Shown: piece by piece, positions 36,566 through 50,961 of the stretch
Position numbering within the stretch: the first letter of the stretch is position 1
How the letters are laid out: each line of letters begins with the position of its first letter
Assembly (NCBI GenBank): GCA_036495025.1
Contig: DASXNO010000026.1
Span: 1 to 53,359 of the forward strand
Origin: Actinomycetota bacterium
Lineage (GTDB): Bacteria > Actinomycetota > CADDZG01 > JAHWKV01 > JAOPZY01
Direction of reading: 5' to 3'
DNA: 53,359 nt
Made by a program: the position numbers and the translations under genes
The notes under the pieces: model-generated
Databases searched by the model: none
What the model was told of the DNA's origin: nothing
The model's input: only the letters and a program-made list of their open reading frames with translations

Positions 36566-37705
36566 TTATAGGGATGGTTTGCGCCCGCGGCGGCCGTGGC
36601 GGCCCGCATCGCTCTCGACCGGGACCGGAACCGGATCGGGCGGGCCGGACACGTCGTACGGTCCGGACGTCCCCGGGAGGTGGATCCCGGCGGGAGGCGC
36701 CCCGGCCCCGTCAACGTCCGGCGGCAGGGCTGGGAGGCCGCCGTCGCGTGTTGGGGCCCGGCCGGCGTCTCGTCGCTGCCTGCGGTTCTCCTCCGCCTGG
36801 CGCAGGCCGGTGGCGATCCGTTTCTGCTCGCGCGGCCTGGCGATCCCCGCAAACTCGTTCAGGAGGTCGGACAGGATCTGGTCGCGCTGGCGCTCGAGGC
36901 GCTCCTCTCGCTCGGCCAGCCGGGCCAGCAGCGACCCCTGGGACACCGCAAGCTCGGATGCCGCGCGGACCAGCCGGCTCTGCACGACCTGCAGGATGCG
37001 TCCGACGGGGTCCAGGGCCTTCAGGATGGATTCGGCGACCTCCTGCTGGCGGGCATCGATGCTCTCGCCAACCTCTCTCAGGGCGGCAACGGTCGCCGCC
37101 GCGAGGTCCCCGTCGCGGTGGTCGACCGCCTCGAGACGGTCGGCGACGGACCGGGCGTGCGCGGCAACAGTGCTCTCGAGGCCGCCGACCCGGTTCGCGA
37201 GCGCCGCCATGCCTTCCTGGGTGCGCCATTCGACGGCTTCGAGGGAGCGGGCGATGCCGTCGAGCTTGACGGTCAGCGCCTTCTTGAGGGCTGCCTGCTC
37301 GCCCTCCAGGAGCTCGATGCGGTGCTGGAGGAACTCGATCGACTCCTGCCGGGCGGCGAGAGCGAGGCGGCCGTCGAGCAGGTCGATGACGGCCTGCTCC
37401 CGGTGCTCGACGACGCTGCGCACATCGTCAAGCTCGGACCGAACGGCATCGACGGCATCCCTGGACGCCTGGAGGACCGTCAGGAAGCTCTGCTGCTCAC
37501 GCTCCTGCTCCTCGATCGCCGACTCCAGCAACTTGTCGAGGCGGCTGTGAAAGCCGACGTCGCCGAGGGTGACATCGTCCACACCGGTACCTACGGCGCC
37601 GGGCTCCCCAGCGCCGGGGTGCTCACCTGCGATGGCGTCCCACCTGGATTCCCTCCTGCGGATTCCCCCGTTACCTGCCGGTCCGTGCGCGTTGCGAGAC
37701 CCCAT
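36566..37705 (-). CDS. Hypothetical coiled-coil protein, first gene of the GT2/DUF5719 operon
   Basis: Long heptad-like E/L/A/R/Q-rich region (LDKLLESAIEEQEREQQSFL...IELLEGEQAALKKAL...) and a Pro-rich tail. GC-rich third codon positions. The start is uncertain (ATG 37705, with other in-frame candidates). Confidence 0.6.
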   Translation of the reverse strand: MGSRNAHGPAGNGGIRRRESRWDAIAGEHPGAGEPGAVGTGVDDVTLGDVGFHSRLDKLLESAIEEQEREQQSFLTVLQASRDAVDAVRSELDDVRSVVEHREQAVIDLLDGRLALAARQESIEFLQHRIELLEGEQAALKKALTVKLDGIARSLEAVEWRTQEGMAALANRVGGLESTVAAHARSVADRLEAVDHRDGDLAAATVAALREVGESIDARQQEVAESILKALDPVGRILQVVQSRLVRAASELAVSQGSLLARLAEREERLERQRDQILSDLLNEFAGIARPREQKRIATGLRQAEENRRQRRDAGRAPTRDGGLPALPPDVDGAGAPPAGIHLPGTSGPYDVSGPPDPVPVPVESDAGRHGRRGRKPSL

Positions 37706-37945
37706 TTTCGCAGACCGCACCGCCGATGCCACGAATCTGGAGGTGACGGCTGTCAGTTTGGCTGGCCCGGCAGGCGATTGTGAAATTCGGTAGAAAAACG
37801 GACCAAAATGCCCCCCGTCCGTTCCGGTCACGCACGCCATCACTTACAATCGGGACCGCCTTGCGCTCGAGAGCGGGCAGAGCAATCTCTGTGGTGTTGG
37901 GCGAATACTCGCAGGGACCGGCCGGAAATAACGGAGGGGGCATGA

Positions 37946-39217
<1,272 letters not shown>

Positions 39218-39244
39218 GGACAAGGCTCTCGGCCACCAACGAAT

Positions 39245-40879
39245 GTGACCGATACCCACAACCCCGCCATCCGGGAAGACCCCCACAGCGGCAACGGCGA
39301 CGGCCGTGAGGGGAGCGACGACCTCGAAACCCAGGTCCTCGACAAGCTCGGGGGCGGCGTTGCTGCGGCACCCACAAACGGGAACGGCAATGGCACGGCA
39401 GCGCCACCCGCGGAAGTCCCCGCCGGGAGCGCCTTCAGCCCAACACCGAGCGAGCCGCTCACCGCCCCGGTCCCCGAGGGGCCCGTCCCCGAAGGCCCGG
39501 TCCCCGAGACCAAGCCGAAGCCGGAGGCGCAGGGCATTCCCGGCGAGGCCCCGGTCGTCACCGAGCCGGTGCCGATCATTCGCCCGCTTCCCCCCTACGC
39601 AGGTCGGGACCGCCGCACGCGGAAGGAGACACTCGTCACGACGCTGGTGGCAGTCGTCGGTCTCGCCGTGCTGATCCCCGCCGCGCTCTACGTCTTCACG
39701 AATCCACCGACATGGCCGGGCACGCTCCAGCCGGCCGCCCAGGTCGACCTGAACTTCGCCCGCTCGGGTTCGATCGTGGCCGTCCTCGTCAAGTCGGGCG
39801 ACCATGTGAAGAAGGGGGACATCCTGGCCCGGCAGGACGACGTCGCCGTCAACCTCGCCCTTTCCGCCGCCGAGGCCACGCTTGCCGCCGATCAGGCCCG
39901 GCTGGCGGCGCTGGGGACACCGGCCGGGTCGAGCCCCGACCCCAAGATCCAGGCCGCTCTGGACAAGGCCCAGAAACAGCTCGATGCCGTCAACGCTGCC
40001 TCGTCGGGTTCCAAGCAGTCCGCGGAGCTTGCGCTGAACGTCACCCAGCAGGACCTCGCCAGCGCGCAGGCCGACCAGAGCCGGGACCAAGGGACCTTCG
40101 GCACCGATTGCCCGCAGGGCGCGACCGGACCCCTGGCGCCCGGGCTCCCTGCGGGGACGCCGAACTGCACGTCGCAGGACGCCCAGGTGACACGTGACTC
40201 GGAGGCCGTCACGCGGGCCCAGCTCCGCCTCCTGCAACAGCAACAGTCGACCCAGCAGGCCGAGCAAGCCGCCGCGAGCTCCCAGACGCTCGCCCAGAGC
40301 CAGCTCTCCCTGGCCCAGGCCTCCGCTCGTCCAACGGGCAGTGTGGCAACGCCCCAGGATGTGGCGGCGTTGCAGGCGCAGATCGCCGCGGACGAGGCCA
40401 ATGTGGCCTCCGAGTACGCAGCCGCGCAGCAGGCGGTGCTGACGGCGCCGATGGATGGTGTGGTCGCTGGCGTCGATGCCCTCCCGGGCGACTTCGCGGG
40501 GCCGGATGGTGTTCGCACCTACAACCGCTCGGTGACGCCGGCGACCCAGCCGTTCTCGCTGCTCGCACCCTCCGGTGCCGGCTCGGGCTCGTCACCGCAG
40601 ACCAGCTTCCTGCCGGTGGCGCAGATCTACGGAACCGGCGGGTGGCTGGTGGTGGCCCAAGTCGGGGAGCACGACGCGCTGCGGGCGCACGAGGGCGAGC
40701 GTGCCGATGTCCGCCTCGCCGGGGTGGGACGCCACACGTTCCCCGCCCGGGTCTCCCAGGTGATCGGCCAGCCGCTCCGGTCCGCAGGCGCGGTGGTCTA
40801 CAACGTGGTGCTCAAGCTCGATACCGTCCCCATGCGGGTCCTCCCCGGAATGAGCGCGCGCGTCCAACTCCATCCGTGA
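39245..40879 (+). CDS. HlyD/membrane-fusion-protein-type periplasmic adaptor with a long disordered N-terminal tail
   Basis: ~150-aa Pro/Gly-rich tail (PVPEG x3), one TM (LVTTLVAVVGLAVLIPAALYV), a lipoyl-like segment (GSIVAVLVKSGDHVKKGDILARQD), a Q/A-rich coiled coil, and ...VLTAPMDGVVAGV... followed by a beta-barrel-like C-terminus. Confidence 0.75.
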   Translation: MTDTHNPAIREDPHSGNGDGREGSDDLETQVLDKLGGGVAAAPTNGNGNGTAAPPAEVPAGSAFSPTPSEPLTAPVPEGPVPEGPVPETKPKPEAQGIPGEAPVVTEPVPIIRPLPPYAGRDRRTRKETLVTTLVAVVGLAVLIPAALYVFTNPPTWPGTLQPAAQVDLNFARSGSIVAVLVKSGDHVKKGDILARQDDVAVNLALSAAEATLAADQARLAALGTPAGSSPDPKIQAALDKAQKQLDAVNAASSGSKQSAELALNVTQQDLASAQADQSRDQGTFGTDCPQGATGPLAPGLPAGTPNCTSQDAQVTRDSEAVTRAQLRLLQQQQSTQQAEQAAASSQTLAQSQLSLAQASARPTGSVATPQDVAALQAQIAADEANVASEYAAAQQAVLTAPMDGVVAGVDALPGDFAGPDGVRTYNRSVTPATQPFSLLAPSGAGSGSSPQTSFLPVAQIYGTGGWLVVAQVGEHDALRAHEGERADVRLAGVGRHTFPARVSQVIGQPLRSAGAVVYNVVLKLDTVPMRVLPGMSARVQLHP

Positions 40880-41829
40880 CCCGGACCTCGGCCCGGGGGA
40901 CCTGGCGGGCTCTGCTCGGGTTGGTCCTCCTGCTGGCCTGCACCTGCACACCGAAGCCCTCCAAACCCGGCGCTTCGAAACCCGGGGCCTCTCCCCCCAC
41001 CTTCGCCACACCTCCGCCGTCCGGCCCGGCGATCACGCCAGCGAGTCCGGGGGCATCCTCGTCCGTGCTCCCCTTGCACCTCGAGAAGCCGGTCTGGCTC
41101 ATCGCAGCGTCGGCACTCTCATCGCTGGTGCGCCTCGACAGCGACGGAACCGTGACGAGGCGCTGGTTTGCCGACAACCGCACCCTGGTGATTGCAGGAC
41201 CCGGCGCCGCCATGCCCGCGGGTTGGACGAACCGCGTGCTGTCGCTCACCAGCCTGGACGCGATCCGCCTGGCCCTCGCCCAGGGGGTCCCCCCCGACGT
41301 CCGCGCCATCCTCTACGACGTCGAAGCGTGGTCGTTGACCCCCATCGCCGAGCAGGCCAACCCCGTCGGATCGATCGCAACCGCGGCCAGGCTCGTCCAC
41401 GGGGCGGGCCTGCAGTTCATTGCGGCACCCGGCGTCGACCTGATGGGCAGGCTCCATCCGGGACAGGGCCCCTACTACCGGAGCTACGTCGCCACCCGGT
41501 TCGCCGGGGCTGCGTCCGATTCGGCAGACATCTTCGTCGTCCAGGCCCAGACGTACCAGAACGACCCGGCCACCTATGGCACCTTCGTGCGTCAGGTGGC
41601 GGCGCAGGCGCGCGCCGCGCACCCCGGTGTGCTGGTCCTCGCCGGACTCAGCACCGGTCCCCACGGCGAGCCAACGACCGCCGACGCCATGCTGGCCGCC
41701 GTCGCCGCCACCGGCGGAACCGTCGACGGGTACTGGCTGAACATTCCCGGCCCCGGTCCCCAGTGCCCGGCCTGCGGGCCGCCGAACCCCGGCATCGCCC
41801 TCGAGTTCCTGCGCAAGCTCGGCGCCTGA
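40876..41829 (+). CDS. Lipoprotein, possibly a TIM-barrel glycan-hydrolase-like fold (weak)
   Basis: GTG 40876 forms a GTGA overlap with the adaptor stop. Lipobox LLLAC followed by a (KPSKPGAS)-type linker. The mature part has alternating beta/alpha character with ILYDVEAW and FVVQAQ motifs. The family call is only a resemblance. Confidence 0.55.
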   Translation: MTRTSARGTWRALLGLVLLLACTCTPKPSKPGASKPGASPPTFATPPPSGPAITPASPGASSSVLPLHLEKPVWLIAASALSSLVRLDSDGTVTRRWFADNRTLVIAGPGAAMPAGWTNRVLSLTSLDAIRLALAQGVPPDVRAILYDVEAWSLTPIAEQANPVGSIATAARLVHGAGLQFIAAPGVDLMGRLHPGQGPYYRSYVATRFAGAASDSADIFVVQAQTYQNDPATYGTFVRQVAAQARAAHPGVLVLAGLSTGPHGEPTTADAMLAAVAATGGTVDGYWLNIPGPGPQCPACGPPNPGIALEFLRKLGA

Positions 41830-41839
41830 GGATGCGTGC

Positions 41840-43789
41840 GTGATCGATCTGCGAGGCCTGGTCCTCTACCTCGCCACCTTCGCCGTCGTGGCGGCCGTGA
41901 TGGCGCGCTCCATCACCAAGGCGCCCCCCGATGACCAGGGCGACGGCCTCGCCGTCGTGGCGCTGCCGGCCCCATCGAAGCGCAACCACCTGCGCACCGG
42001 GATCCTGCTCGGGGTGGTCGGCGCATTCGTCGTCGCGTATCTCGGCTTCCGGTCCCCGAAGGTCGACGAGGTCTACCGCAGCCTCGTCGCGGCGATCGCC
42101 AGGCTGATCGTCGGGGACGCCCCCACGGTGGCCAGGACCCTGCAGGGGGTCGGGTTCGGCCTGCGTTTCCTCGCGCTCGCGTACCTCGTGGGCCTGGCGG
42201 TGGCCGTCCGGGCCGACCTCGGGCGACGGCTGATCGTCGCCTTCAACGTGGTGTGGCTGTTCGTCCTCTTCGTCCTGACCGACGTGGCGGTGGTGATCAT
42301 CGCCGCCGTCACCGGTCTGGCGCCGGGGTGGGCGGGCGTGCTGCGCACGGGGCTGTCGCTCATTGCCATCGTCGTCATGGACGGCCGGGTGTTGCTCACC
42401 ACGTTCCAGCTTCCTCGGCCGACCACGCTCCCCGTCGAGCCCGGCCGGCCGCGCTCGGACACGGTCGTGACGTGGACGGTGCTCGTCGGCGTGACGGGAC
42501 TGGGCGTGGCCCTCGCCGTGTACGCCTTCAGCCCCTACGTCCCTCCCAGCCTGTGGGTCCTGCTGGCCGGCTATTGCGTCTTCCCGGTCTTCCTGATCTC
42601 CGGGCGCGTGGTCCTGGCGGGGCTCAACGCGTTCTTCCACGCACCCCCGCCGGTCGGGCTGCGGCGACCTGCCATCGACGTGATCATCCCCGCCTACAAC
42701 GAGGAGGGGGGCCTGGGCGACACCCTCCTGTCCATCGACCGCGCCGCCGAGGTCTACGGAGGGCCCGTCTGCGTGATCGTGGCCGACGACGGCTCGACGG
42801 ACGCCACGAACGAGCTTGCCAACCGGGTCATCGCCAACTTCCGGGCTGCGACCGGCATGGTGGTGGGGTCGGGCCACCGGGGGAAGGCGTGGGCCCTCAA
42901 CACCGCCCTCTCCCATACGACGGCCGACATCATTGTCCGCATCGACGCCGACGTCGTGATCCACGAGGAGTCCCTCCTGTACGCCCCCGGCTGGTTCGCC
43001 GACCCCGCCGTCGGCAGCATCTCGGCGATGACGCTGCCCAACCACCAGGAAACCTGGTACGCCCACCTGCGCATCTTCGAGGCCCTCCTCGAATTCGGCC
43101 TGTGCCGCCGCGGGGATCAGGTGGTGGACGGCATCGGCTGCGTGCCGGGCACCTACACGGCGTTTCGCCGCCGGCCCGCGATGGACGTCGGGGGGTTCGT
43201 GATGGGGATGAACGGGGAGGACGCGGACCTGACCATGCAGCTCGGCCGGCTCGGGTACCGGGCCGTGCTCGACCCCCGCATCCGCATCTTCGAGGACGTC
43301 CCGAGGACGTTTGCCGAGTTCATCGAGCAGCGCACCCGCTGGAGCCGGGGTGAGGCGCAGATCTTTGCCCGGCACCTCCCGTTCCGGGTCGGGTTCGCCG
43401 GGCCCCGCACGTGGTTCACCCTGTTCCGGGTGTACTCCCGCCGGATCACCTCCCAGCTCCGGGCCCCGCTCATCATGCTCGCCCTCGCCGCGTCGATCCT
43501 CGCACCCACGGCCCGCCACACCCTGGGCGTGGTGCTGACGCTCAACGTGATCGTGATCGCCCCCATCTTCGCCCTTTTCTTCGTCCTCGCCCTGTACCAC
43601 GGGCAACTGCGCGAGCTGCGCTACCTGCCGCTGTACTTCCCGTTCCAGATGGCCCGGCGCCTGGCGAAGTTCGAGTCGACACTCTCGCTGCCCACTCGCC
43701 CCTCCCCGTCGCTCCTGCGCAGGCGGATCCCCGGAAGCCCGCACCCCTCCCCTGCGCCGGCGCCCCAGCCCGTCTCCCTCCGGTCGTAG
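41840..43789 (+). CDS. Processive family-2 glycosyltransferase (polysaccharide synthase-like) with N- and C-terminal TM bundles
   Basis: DVIIPAYNEE, ADDGSTD, RIDADV (DxD), NGEDADLT (TED-like) and QRTRWSRG (QxxRW). Multiple TM helices lie before (~250 aa) and after the catalytic domain. Confidence 0.85.
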   Translation: MIDLRGLVLYLATFAVVAAVMARSITKAPPDDQGDGLAVVALPAPSKRNHLRTGILLGVVGAFVVAYLGFRSPKVDEVYRSLVAAIARLIVGDAPTVARTLQGVGFGLRFLALAYLVGLAVAVRADLGRRLIVAFNVVWLFVLFVLTDVAVVIIAAVTGLAPGWAGVLRTGLSLIAIVVMDGRVLLTTFQLPRPTTLPVEPGRPRSDTVVTWTVLVGVTGLGVALAVYAFSPYVPPSLWVLLAGYCVFPVFLISGRVVLAGLNAFFHAPPPVGLRRPAIDVIIPAYNEEGGLGDTLLSIDRAAEVYGGPVCVIVADDGSTDATNELANRVIANFRAATGMVVGSGHRGKAWALNTALSHTTADIIVRIDADVVIHEESLLYAPGWFADPAVGSISAMTLPNHQETWYAHLRIFEALLEFGLCRRGDQVVDGIGCVPGTYTAFRRRPAMDVGGFVMGMNGEDADLTMQLGRLGYRAVLDPRIRIFEDVPRTFAEFIEQRTRWSRGEAQIFARHLPFRVGFAGPRTWFTLFRVYSRRITSQLRAPLIMLALAASILAPTARHTLGVVLTLNVIVIAPIFALFFVLALYHGQLRELRYLPLYFPFQMARRLAKFESTLSLPTRPSPSLLRRRIPGSPHPSPAPAPQPVSLRS

Positions 43790-43831
43790 GGGCCGGAGGG
43801 AGACGCTGCCGTCTGGCTATAGTCGAGTGAC

Positions 43832-47545
<3,714 letters not shown>

Positions 47546-47562
47546 GCAGGCGGGTCGCCCCC

Positions 47563-49920
47563 TCAGGTCAGGACCGGCTGAGGGGTCTCCAGGATCCTGT
47601 AGAGCGTGCTACGGCGGGCCCAGGGCCGGTCGATCGCCCCGATCAGGACCTTCATCTCCTCCGGCGGCAGCTCCTGGCCGTGCGATGCCCCCGCCGCCCG
47701 GGAGATGTTCTCGTTCATGAGCGTGCCACCCATGTCGTTGCAGCCTGCCTTCAGGGCCAGCTGCGAGCCGGCGGTCCCCATCTTCACCCACGACACCTGG
47801 ATGTTCGTGATCCACGGGTGCAGGGCCAGGCGGCCGACGGCGTGGATCTTGAGGGCCTCCTCGAAGGTCGGTCCCTGGCGGGCCTTGCCCTTCAGGTAGA
47901 TGGGCGCCCCCATGTGCACGAAGGGCAGCGGCACGAACTCGGTGAAGCCGCCGGTGTCCTTCTGGATGTCGCGCAGCACGCCCAGGTGGCGGGCCCAGTT
48001 CCGGTAGCCCTCGACGTGGCCGAACATGATCGTGGTCGTCATCGGCAGACCAAGGCCGTGGGCGGTGCGGGCGACCTCCGACCACTGCGCCGTGTTGACC
48101 TTGTCCGGGCAGATGATCGCCCGGACCTCGTCGTCGAGAACCTCGGCCGCGGTGCCGGGCAGGCTCCCGAGGCCCGTGTCCTTCAACTCCCAGAGGAAGT
48201 CCCGGACGCTGACACCCTTCGTGGCGGCCCCCTGCCAGACCTCGAGGGGGCTGAAGGCATGGACGTGCATCGACGGCACGGCGCTCTTCACCGCCCTGAC
48301 CACGTCGAGGTAGAAGTCGCCGGTGAACTCCGGGTGGATCCCACCCTGGAGGCAGACCTCGGTGGCTCCCTTCAGCGCCGCCTCCCTGGTCCGGGTGGCG
48401 ATGTCCTCGAGGCTGAGGAGGTACGGGTCGCCCCGGAGGTTGAGCGACTTCGGCCCCTTGGAGAAGGCGCAGAAGCCGCACCGGAAGTAGCACATGTTGG
48501 TGTAGTTGATGTTGCGGTTGACGACGAAGGTCACCGTGTCCCCGCAGATCTCCCGGCGCAGGTCGTCGGCGGCCGTCGCCAGCTCCTCGATCTCGGGGCC
48601 ACGGGCCGCCAGCAGGGTGACGATGCTGTCTTCGTCCAGCTCCTCCCGCGAGCGTGCCCGCTCCAGGGCGCGCTGGAACTCGGGCCGGAGGCGAACGGCG
48701 GCGGAGCCCGTCCAGTACGAAGCCGGCACCGACCCGCCCGGCAGCACGGCCGGCGGCGAGGCGATGTCGCCGGCCCGCCACCCCGCCTCCCGGCCGAGGC
48801 CCGAGCCGTCGGCGAGCGCCAGCACCTTGGGTCGCACCGGCTTGGAGACCCAGGCCGGGTCGAGGGCGTAGCCGGGGTAGACGGTGAGACGGGGAACCAG
48901 CAGGAAGCCGGCCTCCTCGGTCACCGCCCGGAGCTGCTCGATCTCGGGCCAGGGAGCCTCGGGGTTGACGTGGTCGATCGTCACAGGCGAGACACCGCCC
49001 CAGTCGTTGATCCCGGCGCCGAGGTAGCTTCCGAGGACCTCCGCGGACTCGGCAAGGTTCGGCGGCGCCTGCACGCTCATCCCCGGCCCCAGGATGAGGC
49101 GAGCGAGCGCGACCGTGCCCAGCATCTCGGCGGTGGAGGGCTCGGGGTGGTCGTGCATCGGCGTGCCCGCCTTCGCCCGGAAATTCTGGACGATGACCTC
49201 CTGGACATGGCCCCACCGCTCGTGGGACGCACGGATGGCGAGCAGCGTGTCCGCCCGGTCCTGCCAGGTCTCGCCGATGCCGATCAGCAGGCCGGTGGTG
49301 AACGGCACCCTGCGGCGGCCGGCCTCCTCGAGCATCGCCAGCCGGACTGCGGGCTCCTTGTCCGGCGACCCGTGGTGGGGCATCCCCGGTTCGCCGAGCC
49401 TGGGCGACGTCGACTCGAGCATGATCCCCATGGACGGGGCGACCTCGCGAAGCTTGTCGATCTCGTCACCGGAGAGGATGCCCGGGTTGATGTGGGGCAG
49501 CAGGCCGGTCTGGTCCAGCACGGCCCTGGCGGCCGCGGTGAGGTACTCGACCGTCGTCGCATGGCCCATGGCGGCGAGCTCGTCCCGGGCAAGGCGGTAC
49601 CGCAGCTCCGGCTTGTCGCCGAGGGTGAAGAGGGCTTCCCGGCACCCGGCAGCCGCTCCCGCCCGGGCGATGCCCAGGACCTCGTCGAGGCTCAGGTACG
49701 CCCGGCGGCCCTCGATGGGTGGCCGTGCGAACGTGCAGTAGTGGCACACATCCCGGCACAGCTTGGTGAGCGGGATGAAGACCTTGGGCGAGTAGGTGAC
49801 GACGTTGCCCCAGCCGGCGTCCCGGGCGCCGGCTGCCGCAACGAGCAACTCGCCGTCGAGAGGATCCTCGGCTAACCGTTCCGCCCACGCCAGGGCCTCG
49901 GCCCTCGTCACCACTGGCAT
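47563..49920 (-). CDS. fbiC: FO synthase, fused CofG+CofH (two radical-SAM domains)
   Basis: 785 aa. Two CxxxCxxC motifs (CRDVCHYCTF and CYFRCGFCAF). Typical length for fused FbiC. Confidence 0.92.
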   Translation of the reverse strand: MPVVTRAEALAWAERLAEDPLDGELLVAAAGARDAGWGNVVTYSPKVFIPLTKLCRDVCHYCTFARPPIEGRRAYLSLDEVLGIARAGAAAGCREALFTLGDKPELRYRLARDELAAMGHATTVEYLTAAARAVLDQTGLLPHINPGILSGDEIDKLREVAPSMGIMLESTSPRLGEPGMPHHGSPDKEPAVRLAMLEEAGRRRVPFTTGLLIGIGETWQDRADTLLAIRASHERWGHVQEVIVQNFRAKAGTPMHDHPEPSTAEMLGTVALARLILGPGMSVQAPPNLAESAEVLGSYLGAGINDWGGVSPVTIDHVNPEAPWPEIEQLRAVTEEAGFLLVPRLTVYPGYALDPAWVSKPVRPKVLALADGSGLGREAGWRAGDIASPPAVLPGGSVPASYWTGSAAVRLRPEFQRALERARSREELDEDSIVTLLAARGPEIEELATAADDLRREICGDTVTFVVNRNINYTNMCYFRCGFCAFSKGPKSLNLRGDPYLLSLEDIATRTREAALKGATEVCLQGGIHPEFTGDFYLDVVRAVKSAVPSMHVHAFSPLEVWQGAATKGVSVRDFLWELKDTGLGSLPGTAAEVLDDEVRAIICPDKVNTAQWSEVARTAHGLGLPMTTTIMFGHVEGYRNWARHLGVLRDIQKDTGGFTEFVPLPFVHMGAPIYLKGKARQGPTFEEALKIHAVGRLALHPWITNIQVSWVKMGTAGSQLALKAGCNDMGGTLMNENISRAAGASHGQELPPEEMKVLIGAIDRPWARRSTLYRILETPQPVLT

Positions 49921-50025
49921 CCGGGGACCCTATCACCGCCGTGGTCCGGGGGCAGGCGCACCCCCTCATGCTTCCCCGATCCCGGCTACGGCACGCCCCC
50001 TCACGCAGGACGCTACCCTGACGCC

Positions 50026-50961
50026 GTGGCGGTGGCGGTGCTGGCGGGAGGTGTGGGGGCGGCCAAGTTCCTTCGGGGGCTCGTGGCGACGATGCCGGCC
50101 GCCGAGGTCACCGTCATCGGCAACACCGGCGACGACGCCGTCTTCCATGGCCTGTACGTGAGCCCCGACCTCGACATCGTCACGTACACCCTCGGCGGGA
50201 TCGTCGACACCGACAAGGGGTGGGGGGTCGCCGGCGACACCCGTCACGCCCTCGACCAACTGGGCCGCCTCGGCATCGACACGTGGTTCTGGCTGGGCGA
50301 CAGGGACCTCGGCACGCACATCGCCCGCACGATGTGGCTGGCCGAGGGTCTGCCACTCTCGGCGATCGCGGAGCGGATCCGGGTGGCGCTCGGCGTCGGC
50401 GCCCGGATCCTGCCCATGAGCGACGACGAGGTCCGCACCCACTTCGTCACGAGGGCCGGGACCGAGCTCGAGTTCCAGGACTACTTCGTGCGCCACCACC
50501 ACGCCGAGGACATCGCATCGGTGAGGTTCGAGGGCGCCGTCGCAGCCCGGCCCGGACCGGGGGTGATCGAGGCGATCGAGCTCGCCGAGCGCGTGATCGT
50601 CTGCCCCTCGAACCCCGTGGTCAGCATCGGTCCGATCCTGGCGGTGCCGGGGATCCGGGAGGCACTGCGGGCGGTCCGGGGCAAGGTCGTCGCGGTCTCC
50701 CCCATCGTCCAGGGGGCGGCGCTGCGGGGGCCCGCCGACCGCCTGCTGCCGGTCGTGGGGGCCGAGGCCAGCGCGGCGGGCGTCGCCGGACTCTACGCCG
50801 ACATCTGCGCCACGTTCGTGGTGGACCGCCGCGACGCCGGTGAGGCCGCGAGGATCGAGGCCCTCGGTCTGCGGCCGGTGCTGCTCGAGACCGTCATGGA
50901 GACACCCGACGTGGCGGCGGCGCTGGCGAAGGAGATCCTGGCGCTCGATCTCGCCGGATGA
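50026..50961 (+). CDS. fbiA: 2-phospho-L-lactate / enolpyruvyl transferase (CofD/FbiA)
   Basis: VAVLAGGVGAAKFLRGL, GNTGDD, YVSPDLD...YTL. CofD-family length. 4-nt overlap with cofE. Confidence 0.9.
   Translation: MAVAVLAGGVGAAKFLRGLVATMPAAEVTVIGNTGDDAVFHGLYVSPDLDIVTYTLGGIVDTDKGWGVAGDTRHALDQLGRLGIDTWFWLGDRDLGTHIARTMWLAEGLPLSAIAERIRVALGVGARILPMSDDEVRTHFVTRAGTELEFQDYFVRHHHAEDIASVRFEGAVAARPGPGVIEAIELAERVIVCPSNPVVSIGPILAVPGIREALRAVRGKVVAVSPIVQGAALRGPADRLLPVVGAEASAAGVAGLYADICATFVVDRRDAGEAARIEALGLRPVLLETVMETPDVAAALAKEILALDLAG

Noticed and set aside
33814-37269. 1151-aa plus-strand ORF, plus similar long ORFs at 38024-40267 (-), 41648-43744 (-), 28156-30033 (+), 13316-14800 (-), 24049-25371 (+) and 31758-33347 (-)
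   Set aside because: All lie antisense to or out of frame with genes that have clear family signatures. Their compositions are dominated by R/G/P/A/D, consistent with stop-codon-poor GC-rich non-coding frames.
40876-41829. Calling the lipoprotein a specific glycoside hydrolase family (e.g. GH114/PelA-like)
   Set aside because: The only support is a vague alternating beta/alpha pattern and a D-x-E motif. I cannot verify the fold without a profile or structure search, so the gene is reported only as a lipoprotein of unknown family.
43790-43831. Possible cobalamin or SAM riboswitch ahead of metH
   Set aside because: The intergenic space is only ~42 nt, too short for either riboswitch class, and no B12-box was seen.
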